This document shows, piece by piece, positions 37,993-47,215 of a DNA stretch of 64,000 nucleotides. How positions within the stretch are numbered: position 1 is the first letter of the stretch; each line of letters begins with the position of its first letter. Origin of the DNA: an uncultured virus (IMG/VR IMGVR_UViG_3300025778_000013) (Duplodnaviria; Heunggongvirae; Uroviricota; Caudoviricetes); IMG/VR virus record IMGVR_UViG_3300025778_000013. One strand, given 5' to 3'. The notes under the pieces were generated by a model. That model did not search any database, had not been told where the DNA came from, and saw nothing but the letters and a program-made list of their open reading frames with translations. The translations under genes were made by a program, and so were the position numbers.

Positions 37993-38316
37993 TTATTTTC
38001 CGTAATGTAAATAAGACTTTAAGTTACCGTTGTTGTCAAAAATGCTTATTGTTCCATCGGTATGCCGTACCATATAACCTACCCTGTTGCCATCTTGTGC
38101 ATATATGTTTCTAGTTGAATCAGGATTAAAGACAGAGTTCTCAGGGTTAAGTGGTGAGTTGTCAGGATTTAAAGAAGAGTTCTTAGGGTTTAGTTGTATG
38201 TTGTCGTAATTCAAGGGGTTAGATTCAACCCCAAGCGTCTGCGCTTTTGGTGTTGTGTGGTGCACTAACATTGTAAGAATGACAGTTCCCATTACCGCTA
38301 AGAAAAACTCTTTCAT
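37993..38316 (-). CDS. exported protein with NSxLNP heptad repeats
   Basis: Signal-peptide-like N-terminus; NSSLNPD NSPLNPE NSVFNPD; GNRVGY...FDNNGN. Confidence 0.6.
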   Translation of the reverse strand: MKEFFLAVMGTVILTMLVHHTTPKAQTLGVESNPLNYDNIQLNPKNSSLNPDNSPLNPENSVFNPDSTRNIYAQDGNRVGYMVRHTDGTISIFDNNGNLKSYLHYGK

Positions 38317-38528
38317 GATTTCCTCACTCGTTTCTTGATAGCTACAATACCTTCTTCTTCAGGTTCGGGGTGTCGGGCTTTTAACATATGGTCAGCCATA
38401 GTCCATGCTTCTTTAGCGTCATCAGCCTTGTTAGATAAAATGTTTCCTCGTATAACAATCCCAACCAAAGCAAACATAGCGAAGCAATCCCTCAAATCAT
38501 TCTCGTTCACAGAGTTCTCCTGATACAT
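38313..38528 (-). CDS. hypothetical protein
   Basis: LRDCFAMFAL...AWTMADHMLKAR family motif. Confidence 0.6.
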   Translation of the reverse strand: MYQENSVNENDLRDCFAMFALVGIVIRGNILSNKADDAKEAWTMADHMLKARHPEPEEEGIVAIKKRVRKS

Positions 38529-38682
38529 GGGTTAACAAGCGAATATCTACAAACGCATTAAGTGCATACTCATGCGCCTCACCAAAGTGCCTCTTGTTCA
38601 TAGCTATCTCAAACTCTCGTAGGTTTCTTCTAGCCTTAATCAGCAAGTCTGCATAATCAAATACCTCGTTAGCAGTCGCCAT
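38497..38682 (-). CDS. hypothetical protein
   Basis: GGAGG RBS; FDYADLLIKA. Confidence 0.55.
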   Translation of the reverse strand: MATANEVFDYADLLIKARRNLREFEIAMNKRHFGEAHEYALNAFVDIRLLTHVSGELCERE

Positions 38683-40495
38683 AACTTCCTCCCATCCCCG
38701 ATTCACAATTCAAAGGAAGTGTCTGAGCCCAGTCGGGTCTTGTTCTCATGCACTCTTCAACATACTGCTGGGCTTCTTTAGCCTCTTCTACTGGTGCAAT
38801 ACATGCAATCGCATCATGCACAGTCAATACAACCTTATATCTCTTGGCAATAAGTAGCATCTGCTCTGCGATAACGCATCTTGCAACCGCCTGACAAATG
38901 TTCTCTACTACTTTACCTCCGTATATTTTAACAAATCCTTTACGAGTTTTGTATTGAAATTGCTCTTTTCCCTCAGGATCGTAAAACTTTTCTATTGTGT
39001 CATATCTTTGCCACAACCCACTAGGTAGTAAAAACCCTTTCCTTCCAGCATCGAACTGAACTGCGCTTACTACTCCAAAGTTAGCGGCACTACCACTAAT
39101 CATTGCCTCTATACATCTTTGAGCCTGTCTCCATAAAGCTGGGATTTTGTCATAAGTTTCTCGATATACTTGGATAATATGAGCGGCTTCATCCTCCGCA
39201 ATCTCCACACCGAATGTCTTGAGTTGTACCCCAAATTTCTTTGCCCCCATGCCATAGCCAGCCCCAAGAATTGTTGTCTTACCAACGAACCTCTCTTGTG
39301 CCGTAACCTCATTTGCATCCTTGCCATAGATAGCCGAAGCCATGATTTTGTATACATCCTCGCCTTTCTCAAACGCATCAACCAAGTCCTGTTGACCAGC
39401 CAACCACGCAACCGTTCTAGCCTCAATCTGTGATGAGTCGCAATCAATAATTACATAGCCTTCAGGGGCTTTCATAGCTTTCTTTAACTTACCGCCGTTA
39501 GTGCCACGACTAGGTAGGTTTTGTAGGTTTATCTTGTCGTCTCCGCCCCATCTTCCTGTGTGCGCCGCATAATATCTAATCGGTACTGGTAGTTTTCCTC
39601 TGCTTGCGATACCCATGAACCTCTCTGTGCGAGTTTCTTCAAGTGTAGTTTTATTACCAAGTCTAGCGGCAACGAGGGTTTGGACTCTTGGGTCGGGGTG
39701 TTCTGCAAGGGCTTTGAACTCCTCATCTGTTTTGGCAAACGCATATGCTTCCTTTCCTGTTCGTGCTGATACCTTCATCGGGGGTACAACCTGCAATGCT
39801 TTAAGTAGTTCTGCAAACTTGTTATTGGACATCAGATCATCGAGTGTGGACCCAGACTCTTCAAGAAGTCTTGCCTTTAGATTCTTTACGTTTTCCAAAT
39901 GCTCAGTCAAAAGCGTGGTATCCAACACAAGCGTAGGTTCTATAAACATCTTTAGCGTTGTGTCTATAACCTTTAACTCCTTTGTTGGGAAAGTTTCAGA
40001 CAAGATTTTGAATAGGGTATAGGTCAGCTCCACATCGTTCTTGCAGTAGTTTCCATACTGTTCCAATTCATGCGGCATGAAGGCATTACGGCGCTTACCC
40101 AAAGCATCTTGAACTTCCGTGCCTTTCTCACCAATCTGATAGCGTTCAGCTAAAGCCTTCAAACTACCGCCAGCCTCTACCCCATGAATAGCACGAGCCA
40201 TACATAGCGTATCTAGGTAGCCTTTAGCTTTGATGCCAAACTCCCAAGCCATAATCGCACCATCGAATTGAGTGTTGTGTGCCAACAACAAAGAGTTATC
40301 CCAATCGTATGACAACAAGTTTTTCTTTATCTCTGAACGAGTACCGGCAAACCATTGAGTAACTTCATCGTCTTTCTTGACCGCAACACCAATTACTTCA
40401 AAGCGTTCGTCTCGGACATACTCCTCCGTTGTCATCTTGGACAGACTAAATGCCTTGTCGTAATAGGTCTCAAAGTCTACTGTAATAATGCTCAA
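38669..40495 (-). CDS. polA: DNA polymerase, family A with 3'-5' exonuclease
   Basis: DFETYY, HNTQFD, YCKNDV; HTGRWGG, NLQNLP, DSSQIEAR, KTTILGAGYG, TVHD. Confidence 0.95.
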   Translation of the reverse strand: MSIITVDFETYYDKAFSLSKMTTEEYVRDERFEVIGVAVKKDDEVTQWFAGTRSEIKKNLLSYDWDNSLLLAHNTQFDGAIMAWEFGIKAKGYLDTLCMARAIHGVEAGGSLKALAERYQIGEKGTEVQDALGKRRNAFMPHELEQYGNYCKNDVELTYTLFKILSETFPTKELKVIDTTLKMFIEPTLVLDTTLLTEHLENVKNLKARLLEESGSTLDDLMSNNKFAELLKALQVVPPMKVSARTGKEAYAFAKTDEEFKALAEHPDPRVQTLVAARLGNKTTLEETRTERFMGIASRGKLPVPIRYYAAHTGRWGGDDKINLQNLPSRGTNGGKLKKAMKAPEGYVIIDCDSSQIEARTVAWLAGQQDLVDAFEKGEDVYKIMASAIYGKDANEVTAQERFVGKTTILGAGYGMGAKKFGVQLKTFGVEIAEDEAAHIIQVYRETYDKIPALWRQAQRCIEAMISGSAANFGVVSAVQFDAGRKGFLLPSGLWQRYDTIEKFYDPEGKEQFQYKTRKGFVKIYGGKVVENICQAVARCVIAEQMLLIAKRYKVVLTVHDAIACIAPVEEAKEAQQYVEECMRTRPDWAQTLPLNCESGMGGSYGDC

Positions 40496-40950
40496 GGGTT
40501 ACTACCTTTCCTAAATAGCTTTTTAAATAGCGAAGGGCTCGATACAGTCTGTGCTGGTAAAACCCTACCGCTTGGGTGAACTGAATTGAACACAGTCGTT
40601 TTTCCGCCAGCATTAACAATCACACTACCCGACCCCGAAGACCCCCCTAGGGTCACTCCAGCCAAAGGCATACCTGCTTGGGTCGTAGTTGTCGAGGAAG
40701 GATTTAATGTAAGCTGGGCTTCCTCCTTTGGGTCAAGCAGTTCCTCCATAACGGCAGATGTAAACGCTTCTTGTATGTGTTTATTTATCTCTGTCTCCAG
40801 TGCTTTAACGTCTTCTTCATCTAGATATGGTTTGTAATGGCTGATTATTTTCCTCCAGCGTGATTCCGCAAAAGGTTTTTCATCATCAAACATAAACTCT
40901 TCAGGATTAGTCTTAATCCGTTCCAATAGAATTTCTACACCTCTGTTCAT
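40492..40950 (-). CDS. hypothetical protein
   Basis: MNRGVEILLERIKTNPEEF. Confidence 0.6.
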   Translation of the reverse strand: MNRGVEILLERIKTNPEEFMFDDEKPFAESRWRKIISHYKPYLDEEDVKALETEINKHIQEAFTSAVMEELLDPKEEAQLTLNPSSTTTTQAGMPLAGVTLGGSSGSGSVIVNAGGKTTVFNSVHPSGRVLPAQTVSSPSLFKKLFRKGSNP

Positions 40951-41246
40951 TATTCCTCCAAGAAAGCAATAAAATCGTCAAACTTTGCGCCCTTTTCAAT
41001 ATTCTTTCTGCGTGCATCTTCCTTGCTATGTTTAGATATCAAGATTTTCTTAACGATTAACTTCTTTAAATATGTATGCGTGGTCGCTGGGCTTGCTCGC
41101 CAAAAACCCTCAAGAAGATTCATGATAGTAACTTCTCCCGCCTTCCAGCCTTCCATCACATAATCGACAATCAACAAGGACATTGGGTCAACCCCAAATT
41201 TATCTTGTGCAACTTTAACTTTACCAATCAACTTATCTGCTTTCAT
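40950..41246 (-). CDS. MarR-like winged-helix protein
   Basis: SPATTHTYLKKL...EDARRK. Confidence 0.55.
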   Translation of the reverse strand: MKADKLIGKVKVAQDKFGVDPMSLLIVDYVMEGWKAGEVTIMNLLEGFWRASPATTHTYLKKLIVKKILISKHSKEDARRKNIEKGAKFDDFIAFLEE

Positions 41247-41479
41247 CTCTTCACCTTATAAAAATTTAACCCAGCAATCTTATGGCTATGCACGATTGCT
41301 CCTTCATCTAATAACTCTTTTATATACCACCGCCCTGTTTGGTCAGACTTCTCCAGCCATCGGGCAACATCTTTAGCACTAAAGGCATACCGCTTATTCA
41401 TTATGCGAATCAACTTCGCCTTGCAACCTTCACTCGGTAGGCTTCTCATCACATCTCTCCACCAAAGCGGCATACCCAC
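41243..41479 (-). CDS. winged-helix DNA-binding protein
   Basis: SAKDVARWLEKSDQTGRWYIKELLDEG. Confidence 0.55.
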   Translation of the reverse strand: MGMPLWWRDVMRSLPSEGCKAKLIRIMNKRYAFSAKDVARWLEKSDQTGRWYIKELLDEGAIVHSHKIAGLNFYKVKR

Positions 41480-41738
41480 ATATATCTATTAAGTTATCTC
41501 TATGTTCGGGGTCGTTGGCAAACCTAGCAACCTTTACCAGCATCATCAAAGCGGCAACATCTTTAGCGTTTAATTCTGCTATTACATCGCCCCCATGCTC
41601 ATTATGAATAGCCCCACCAGCCGCCATTAAATATGCGTTCCACATCACCGCAATAGTATTTAGGTTTTTAGCTGGGTGTCCATAAGTCTTTTCCCTGTCG
41701 CCGTAGATAATGTTATGCGCTTCTTTCAGTATCGTCAT
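41430..41738 (-). CDS. DUF6378-like protein
   Basis: ILKEA...GDREKTYGHP...IAVMW...DVAALMMLVKVAR...DNLIDICGYA. Confidence 0.75.
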   Translation of the reverse strand: MTILKEAHNIIYGDREKTYGHPAKNLNTIAVMWNAYLMAAGGAIHNEHGGDVIAELNAKDVAALMMLVKVARFANDPEHRDNLIDICGYAALVERCDEKPTE

Positions 41739-41886
41739 CTTCTTCCTCCCCTGTTTCAACCATACCAGCAAAGGGTATTGGTTCTAGTTTTTTACGCTTA
41801 CCAAAGATAACTTCAAAGTTCTTATCAAACTGTTCTATTGGCACACTCAAAGGTCTTGATGTATCACCCTTACCCCCATCCCTCAT
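41713..41886 (-). CDS. small hypothetical protein (GGKGD..RP; not in ORF track)
   Basis: AGGAG RBS; MRDGGKGDTSRPLSV...NFEVIFGK. Confidence 0.6.
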   Translation of the reverse strand: MRDGGKGDTSRPLSVPIEQFDKNFEVIFGKRKKLEPIPFAGMVETGEEEDDDTERSA

Positions 41887-42059
41887 ACCAACTCCTTCCT
41901 AGCATCGTTATACACCGCATCATATTTTTCTTGCAGTGCGTGCATCGCATCTTGTATGGCATCTAGCTTTGTTACATGATGGGCTTTCTCAAACTCAGGT
42001 GTAAATCCCACACTAGCTTCGCCTTTAACATCACTCCAACTAACGACCGCAATCTTCAT
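41883..42059 (-). CDS. small hypothetical protein (58 aa; not in ORF track)
   Basis: MKIAVVSWSDVKGEA...KLDAIQD. Confidence 0.55.
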   Translation of the reverse strand: MKIAVVSWSDVKGEASVGFTPEFEKAHHVTKLDAIQDAMHALQEKYDAVYNDARKELV

Positions 42060-42405
42060 CTTTCTTCCCCTTTAACAAGTCAAACACTATGCCAGCAAAG
42101 ACTGTGCCCCTGCCTTCTTTTATCTCAATCAACATCAACTTCAAACTACCTATACCGCTCTCGTCAACTAGCACCGCATAACCGCCGTTCAAGGCTATGT
42201 TATTTAAGTTCTTCGTTTGTAGTGCCGTAGGCTTGCCACCATCCGCTTTACACTCGATACCAATAAACTTACCGCCCATACAAGCCACAATGTCGGGCAC
42301 TCCACTAGCACCATAACCACCAGTAACAGGATAAAAATAGTAAGCACCATATTCTTTCAGTAGTTTTACTACCTTATCCTTCACTTTCTTTTCGGGTGTT
42401 GTCAA
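42040..42405 (-). CDS. VRR-NUC nuclease
   Basis: TPEKKVK, GVPDIVAC, GIECKA, PTALQ. Confidence 0.88.
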   Translation of the reverse strand: MTTPEKKVKDKVVKLLKEYGAYYFYPVTGGYGASGVPDIVACMGGKFIGIECKADGGKPTALQTKNLNNIALNGGYAVLVDESGIGSLKLMLIEIKEGRGTVFAGIVFDLLKGKKDEDCGR

Positions 42406-42643
42406 TTTGTTCGTGCTCCTCTTTAGTTAAATATACAGATACATGCCAGTCGCTAATCTTCCTACCAAACTGGGTCGGCTCGATTTTATTAACAGGTGTT
42501 AACTTAAGAAAGGCAATTTTTTCTTGAACTGATAGGGGGAGGGTGTCCACACTTACTTGTTTGTATTGCCCGAAATTTTTGCCAAGCAGAGAAGCTATCC
42601 GTTCTCCCTCGTTTTCTATTATTGATAGAATTAGTTTTTGCAT
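42374..42643 (-). CDS. hypothetical protein
   Basis: GAGGA RBS; LPLSVQEKIAFLKL. Confidence 0.55.
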   Translation of the reverse strand: MQKLILSIIENEGERIASLLGKNFGQYKQVSVDTLPLSVQEKIAFLKLTPVNKIEPTQFGRKISDWHVSVYLTKEEHEQIDNTRKESEG

Positions 42644-42667
42644 TGTTCTTCATCCTCACTACCTCCT

Positions 42668-42696
42668 AATATATAGAACAATTATAGAAATGTCAA
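42668..42696 (-). promoter_or_regulatory. sigma70 promoter
   Basis: TTGACA-17 bp-TATATT. Confidence 0.75.
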
Positions 42697-43526
42697 GTAT
42701 TTAAATCTTGGGGATAACCCTCGACCCAAAACTCATTGTCACTAACCTTGAACCCCACATTCGCTACAAAAGAATGGCTCTCCATCATGCGTAGCATGGC
42801 TATGTTTTGCTGGGTTTCAGGGGGTATCTCGTCTGCACTATTAAACAACTTAGCTACTGTGCGACCAGCATCTATACCTACCTTGCTAATAAACACCGAC
42901 TCATCAGGGTTAATAAAGGCATGGCAATAATCTGTAAAGTTCTTTTCCTGTCTTTCTTGTTGCTCCAGATATGCTGGTATCAAAGAGTCATAGATTGTTT
43001 TCATGGTGTCATCAACTGGCGCAACTCCCAATTCTTTTAGCTTTACAAATATTTTGTTCACGCTTCCGTCAGGCAGTTTGTAGTGCAACTCCCTCAACTC
43101 CTTTGTTGGCTGGGCTTTCCATGAACTCAACCTATCTTCTGCCATTCGCTTACTCTTATTAGCTATCTCATGAGCAGACCAAGGTTTGATGTAGTCCTTC
43201 ATGAACTTGAGCATCTTCTTTAAGTCTTTGGTGCTTCTCGTATGGTATTCATCGTTGTATTGTGCATACTTGTCGTTCTCAATAAGCCGAGATTCTATGG
43301 TAAATGTAGGCACTTCATCGTTTATTTTTATATACAGCATGGCAACCATGTTGCTAGCGTTCCACCGATCAGTAGGGAATCGGCTATCTACAAACCCAAC
43401 CGCACATCCGTTATCGTTAGGGTAAACATTGATAGGGAATTTACTTACTTGGTGTTTCCTAAACTCTACAACTAAGTCTTGCAACTGCTGGTATTTCACT
43501 TGCTCTAGGTTTTTAATATCTAACAT
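42693..43526 (-). CDS. hypothetical early protein
   Basis: AGGAG RBS; 277 aa. Confidence 0.6.
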   Translation of the reverse strand: MLDIKNLEQVKYQQLQDLVVEFRKHQVSKFPINVYPNDNGCAVGFVDSRFPTDRWNASNMVAMLYIKINDEVPTFTIESRLIENDKYAQYNDEYHTRSTKDLKKMLKFMKDYIKPWSAHEIANKSKRMAEDRLSSWKAQPTKELRELHYKLPDGSVNKIFVKLKELGVAPVDDTMKTIYDSLIPAYLEQQERQEKNFTDYCHAFINPDESVFISKVGIDAGRTVAKLFNSADEIPPETQQNIAMLRMMESHSFVANVGFKVSDNEFWVEGYPQDLNT

Positions 43527-43527
43527 C

Positions 43528-43935
43528 TCACTCTCCTTGTTCTAATACTGGTTTAGCTTTACTGGTATCAAAATCTGTTTCTATAAATCGCACTACACTT
43601 GGGCACTCCAACTCATAGTCATCATCGTTCCACCATTCTTCTTCGTGGTCATCATGTTCTTCACCGACCCTCGCTAGCTTGGCTTTGTAGTCATTGTCAA
43701 AGTTATCTGCCATATCTAGTAAGTCAGTCAGTCCAGCAACCGAGTCCTCATACCACTTCCAATGATTGTGGTGAAAATGCAACCGCCCTCTGCCGTTATC
43801 GTCTTTGTAGTCCTCTATCCACATATACCGCATGAAGTCCTTAAATATGTCCCGACCATCAACCTTCATCAGGGCAACGAACTCCTCAACATCTTTTACC
43901 TGTATGCAGAAAGATACATCGCTTCTATACCCCAT
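43528..43935 (-). CDS. acidic hypothetical protein (MGYRSDV family)
   Basis: MGYRSDV...WKWY...RVGEE. Confidence 0.65.
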   Translation of the reverse strand: MGYRSDVSFCIQVKDVEEFVALMKVDGRDIFKDFMRYMWIEDYKDDNGRGRLHFHHNHWKWYEDSVAGLTDLLDMADNFDNDYKAKLARVGEEHDDHEEEWWNDDDYELECPSVVRFIETDFDTSKAKPVLEQGE

Positions 43936-44224
43936 CTTCGCCCTCCTTTATTTTCCTTAACAACCCTATCAAATCAAACTCATCTAAGTAACCCCAAGGG
44001 TCGCCATCCCAATCGGTTTTATCTCCATCCGTTAGGTATGCTTCGTATGGATGGGTTTCGTCTGTATAAAAGTTTGACCCACTAACCACACTTACCCTAC
44101 ATCCATTAGGAAATTTAAAAATGGTATGCCAAGCATCTTTATAGTCATCTAGCACCGATGAGTTCGCTATATGGTGGGGTTCGTCTTTTACAACAAACTC
44201 CTTAAACACATGCTTCGCTAGCAT
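43925..44224 (-). CDS. hypothetical protein
   Basis: FKFPNG...SVV...YE...GYL. Confidence 0.6.
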   Translation of the reverse strand: MLAKHVFKEFVVKDEPHHIANSSVLDDYKDAWHTIFKFPNGCRVSVVSGSNFYTDETHPYEAYLTDGDKTDWDGDPWGYLDEFDLIGLLRKIKEGEDGV

Positions 44225-44233
44225 ACATCCCCC

Positions 44234-45067
44234 TTAGAACATAGATAAAATATCGTCAACCTTAGACTTGACATCCAACCGCAAGTCATCATCTTCTCGC
44301 AAGGATTTAGCATCCACATGGAGTAGCGCACTCTCTAACTTCTTTCTAGCTTGTTCTAGTCTTGAGTCGTTGGTTACATTCAGCTTAGTTAGTAACTCGC
44401 ACAAGTCAACCGCATTGCCAACCAATGAATCTCTGAACACTTGCTTTTCCTCGCCCGCCAGCTTCTCACTCATCTTGCCTAAGCAATCGTGTAGCCTATC
44501 CCAAGCATCTTTCATCGCATCATTTAGCTTCTGTGTATAGAAGTTTTGGTATTGTTCTTCGAGTTCAGTCTTATACATATCACTAACATCAACCCTGAAG
44601 TCTCCAGCATTGGGAACGGGAAGGAACACATACTTGAACTTGAACTTATCTACTAGCCTGTGGGCATCAGGGTAATCATCACTACTAAACAAATCGCCCA
44701 ACTGGAAAGCGGCTGCCGACACAAGTGTTGGATAATCTTCTAGGAACTCTGCCACCGCCTGATTGAACTGCGCCTCGTAATCGCCTAGCGTAGCTTTGTA
44801 GTCAAAGAAGTTTGCCATAGGCAACAACCTACTACCACCATCTGACCAAGGCAAAGTCTGCTCGTAATGCCAAGTCCGAATCTTGGACACAATCTTTTGG
44901 ATTTCTTCCAGCTTTTGCGTGCCAGCTAATAATTTTTTATGATAGTTTCCAGCCCTCGCTTGAGTGCCTTTGCTAGCATCAATCTCCTCGGATACTTTCT
45001 TATCCATCTTACGACCTGTCCACATAGAAATGTTTAGGTCAACCAACATAGAACTATTCTGAATCAT
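44234..45067 (-). CDS. DUF3150-like protein
   Basis: WTGRKMDK, TLPWSDGGSRLLP, DYP, FRDSL, LNVTND, LRED..LR. Confidence 0.7.
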   Translation of the reverse strand: MIQNSSMLVDLNISMWTGRKMDKKVSEEIDASKGTQARAGNYHKKLLAGTQKLEEIQKIVSKIRTWHYEQTLPWSDGGSRLLPMANFFDYKATLGDYEAQFNQAVAEFLEDYPTLVSAAAFQLGDLFSSDDYPDAHRLVDKFKFKYVFLPVPNAGDFRVDVSDMYKTELEEQYQNFYTQKLNDAMKDAWDRLHDCLGKMSEKLAGEEKQVFRDSLVGNAVDLCELLTKLNVTNDSRLEQARKKLESALLHVDAKSLREDDDLRLDVKSKVDDILSMF

Positions 45068-45103
45068 GGTAATACTCCTCACTTGTTAACATCTGTTAAT
45101 AAA

Positions 45104-45328
45104 TTAGTCCATCAGCTTCTTAAATGCTTCTGCTTCTCTGCATGTCTTGTGCTCTGATACAACCCTATACTTCTGTGTGTTTTTGTTCCACTCTAGTATC
45201 TGCCACCTTCCTTTCGCTTTCATATGTATCGGTTTATCAAACCTTTCTATATACTGCATCTCATCTTCCAACACCTTCAACGCTTCATTAATTATCTGAC
45301 TGCAAGTCAGTAGCGGGTTTGCCATCAT
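45104..45328 (-). CDS. hypothetical protein (paralog of 45325-45615)
   Basis: MMAN start; GRWQI...H...EA..KLM. Confidence 0.55.
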   Translation of the reverse strand: MMANPLLTCSQIINEALKVLEDEMQYIERFDKPIHMKAKGRWQILEWNKNTQKYRVVSEHKTCREAEAFKKLMD

Positions 45329-45615
45329 TCCTCCGTTGCTTGCATCAACTTAATCATGGCTAGGGCTTCTCGTCTGTGCTTGATCTTCTTAGCCACACGC
45401 TTATTGAACTTCCATATCTCATACCGCCCTCGCCTTACATACACCAACTGCACCATGTTTAATGCCCACTTCCCATACGCATCTTCAAAGATAGAACCTA
45501 GTAACTGCTCTCTTGTATTTCGCATTGCATTTGCTAGCGCACTTGTATACTCCCTACCTTTTTGGTTTAGCACCTCATCTTCTAGCGTCATTATCATCTC
45601 ATAGTTTGCCATCAT
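45325..45615 (-). CDS. hypothetical protein
   Basis: MMAN start; GRYEI...H..EA...KLM. Confidence 0.55.
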   Translation of the reverse strand: MMANYEMIMTLEDEVLNQKGREYTSALANAMRNTREQLLGSIFEDAYGKWALNMVQLVYVRRGRYEIWKFNKRVAKKIKHRREALAMIKLMQATEE

Positions 45616-46814
45616 TGCACCTTAACTGTTTTACCTACCTCGCTAACTACATCAGTAGTGATACCCCACAATGTAGGGCAACCCCACTCACCCCAACCGC
45701 TTACATAACCATCGGTTAAGATGATTGCACACTCAGGTTTCAATTTGTGATCCGCAATATATCTAGGGATACACGCTGGGTCTGTGCCACCACCACCTCT
45801 AGGTTTAGTAGTAGATAGTAGATTCTCTAGCTGGTCTTGGTCATACTTCTCATGCTGACATACCTCAGTATCCCAATACAACAGGTCAATACCTTCGGGC
45901 TTAACTCTCTCGCAGATACTCTTAACCTCACCCAAGAACTGACCAATCTCCTCCGCACCGATAGAGCCTGACATATCAATCGCTACAACTATGCGACCAA
46001 CCGATTCACCGATAAGACTAGGCATATAAACATCTTGGTCAATCCACCTACGACTAGGTCTGCGCCAAGTAGACTCATCCTTGTCTGCACAAAAAGAATT
46101 GACGAACTCTCTCAACGCTTCACGCCAATCAACTTTGGGCGTAAGAGCATCCATAACTTCTCTATCTACATTGCCTTTCATCTTGCCAGCAAGAATCGCA
46201 CCTTGTCGTAACGCTTGGTCAATATCCCTAGCTAGCTTCTCTCGTTCCTCGTTAGTCATACCCTCGGCTGACTTCCAATCATGGTCATCAAATCCACCCA
46301 TGCCCTCACCATCTTCAACAGGCACATCCCTACCTTCCTGATCTCCGACAGTCTTAACATGAACTGAACCCTTGTCATACTGCTTCTTCAAATCACGATA
46401 CACCGCACCTGAATCCATGCCCTTGTATTTTGGGTCAAGCAATCCACTCTCAGGTAACGCAACCTCAATCATGTTCGGGTCTGAATCCACAATCATTTGG
46501 TTAATCACATAGTCGCATGCCATGTTCGCCAACTGTGCGTGTTCCTTGTAAAGATGTTTCCATACAGTAGTATGTCTGAAAGCCTTATGTAGATTCTCGT
46601 GCAGTATCACACCCTTTAGCTCAGTATCTTTTAGCTTGTCCACGAACCCACGACCATACCAAGTGTTACGACCATCTGTGCAAGCAGTCGGCACTTCATC
46701 ATCAATACTTGTATTACCCACCATGAATACACCTGAATACAAACAATACTTGGGGTTCTTCATTAGCCATACATGGGATTTCTGAACTCGTTGTTCAGCT
46801 TGTAACTTAGCCAT
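45612..46814 (-). CDS. metallopeptidase-like plus vWA domain protein (DUF2201-type)
   Basis: TACTDG, LHENLH, NMACDYVIN; MIDAS DMSGS, GGGGT, LTDG. Confidence 0.85.
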   Translation of the reverse strand: MAKLQAEQRVQKSHVWLMKNPKYCLYSGVFMVGNTSIDDEVPTACTDGRNTWYGRGFVDKLKDTELKGVILHENLHKAFRHTTVWKHLYKEHAQLANMACDYVINQMIVDSDPNMIEVALPESGLLDPKYKGMDSGAVYRDLKKQYDKGSVHVKTVGDQEGRDVPVEDGEGMGGFDDHDWKSAEGMTNEEREKLARDIDQALRQGAILAGKMKGNVDREVMDALTPKVDWREALREFVNSFCADKDESTWRRPSRRWIDQDVYMPSLIGESVGRIVVAIDMSGSIGAEEIGQFLGEVKSICERVKPEGIDLLYWDTEVCQHEKYDQDQLENLLSTTKPRGGGGTDPACIPRYIADHKLKPECAIILTDGYVSGWGEWGCPTLWGITTDVVSEVGKTVKVQ

Positions 46815-47010
46815 TTTTGTTTTTCCTTTCGTTGTCGTTCCATTCTTTTACAAAACTTAGCCCAGTAGTAGCACCTGCGTAGTAAATATCAAACAACAAT
46901 TCGTCATGTTCAATACCTTCCTCGTATAGCATTTGCTCATACTCTTGGCTTACAACTGAATTAAAAGCGTTTAAAACTAAATCTACTTGTTCTTCTTTAT
47001 CCACCGACAC
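46807..47010 (-). CDS. small acidic hypothetical protein
   Basis: AGGAG RBS, GTG start. Confidence 0.5.
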   Translation of the reverse strand: MSVDKEEQVDLVLNAFNSVVSQEYEQMLYEEGIEHDELLFDIYYAGATTGLSFVKEWNDNERKNKNG

Positions 47011-47215
47011 TCTCCTTATTAACTGCTGTTAATAACTTCTCAAATGCTGGGTCTATTGGGGTAAGACAATCTCTGTGCCTTATGGTGTTAATAGTTCCAT
47101 CAAACACTTGAACCAATGGGAACTTACCGCCATCTCCCATATAGTCCTCAATCAATATCCTACCCGCTTGCCCCTCAGGAAGTAATACCCAATCGCCCTT
47201 CTTTAGAATAGCCAT
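46997..47215 (-). CDS. small hypothetical (SH3/KOW-like) protein
   Basis: LKKGDWV...G..GRI. Confidence 0.5.
   Translation of the reverse strand: MAILKKGDWVLLPEGQAGRILIEDYMGDGGKFPLVQVFDGTINTIRHRDCLTPIDPAFEKLLTAVNKESVGG

Noticed and set aside
33129..41738. 7-deazaguanine or dZ DNA-modification pathway
   Set aside because: No recognisable dpdA, folE, queC, queD or purZ; the radical SAM has a SPASM/Twitch tail unlike QueE.
41883..42059. Possible frameshifted pseudogene
   Set aside because: Re-reading shows an intact 58-aa ORF that is simply below the track cutoff.
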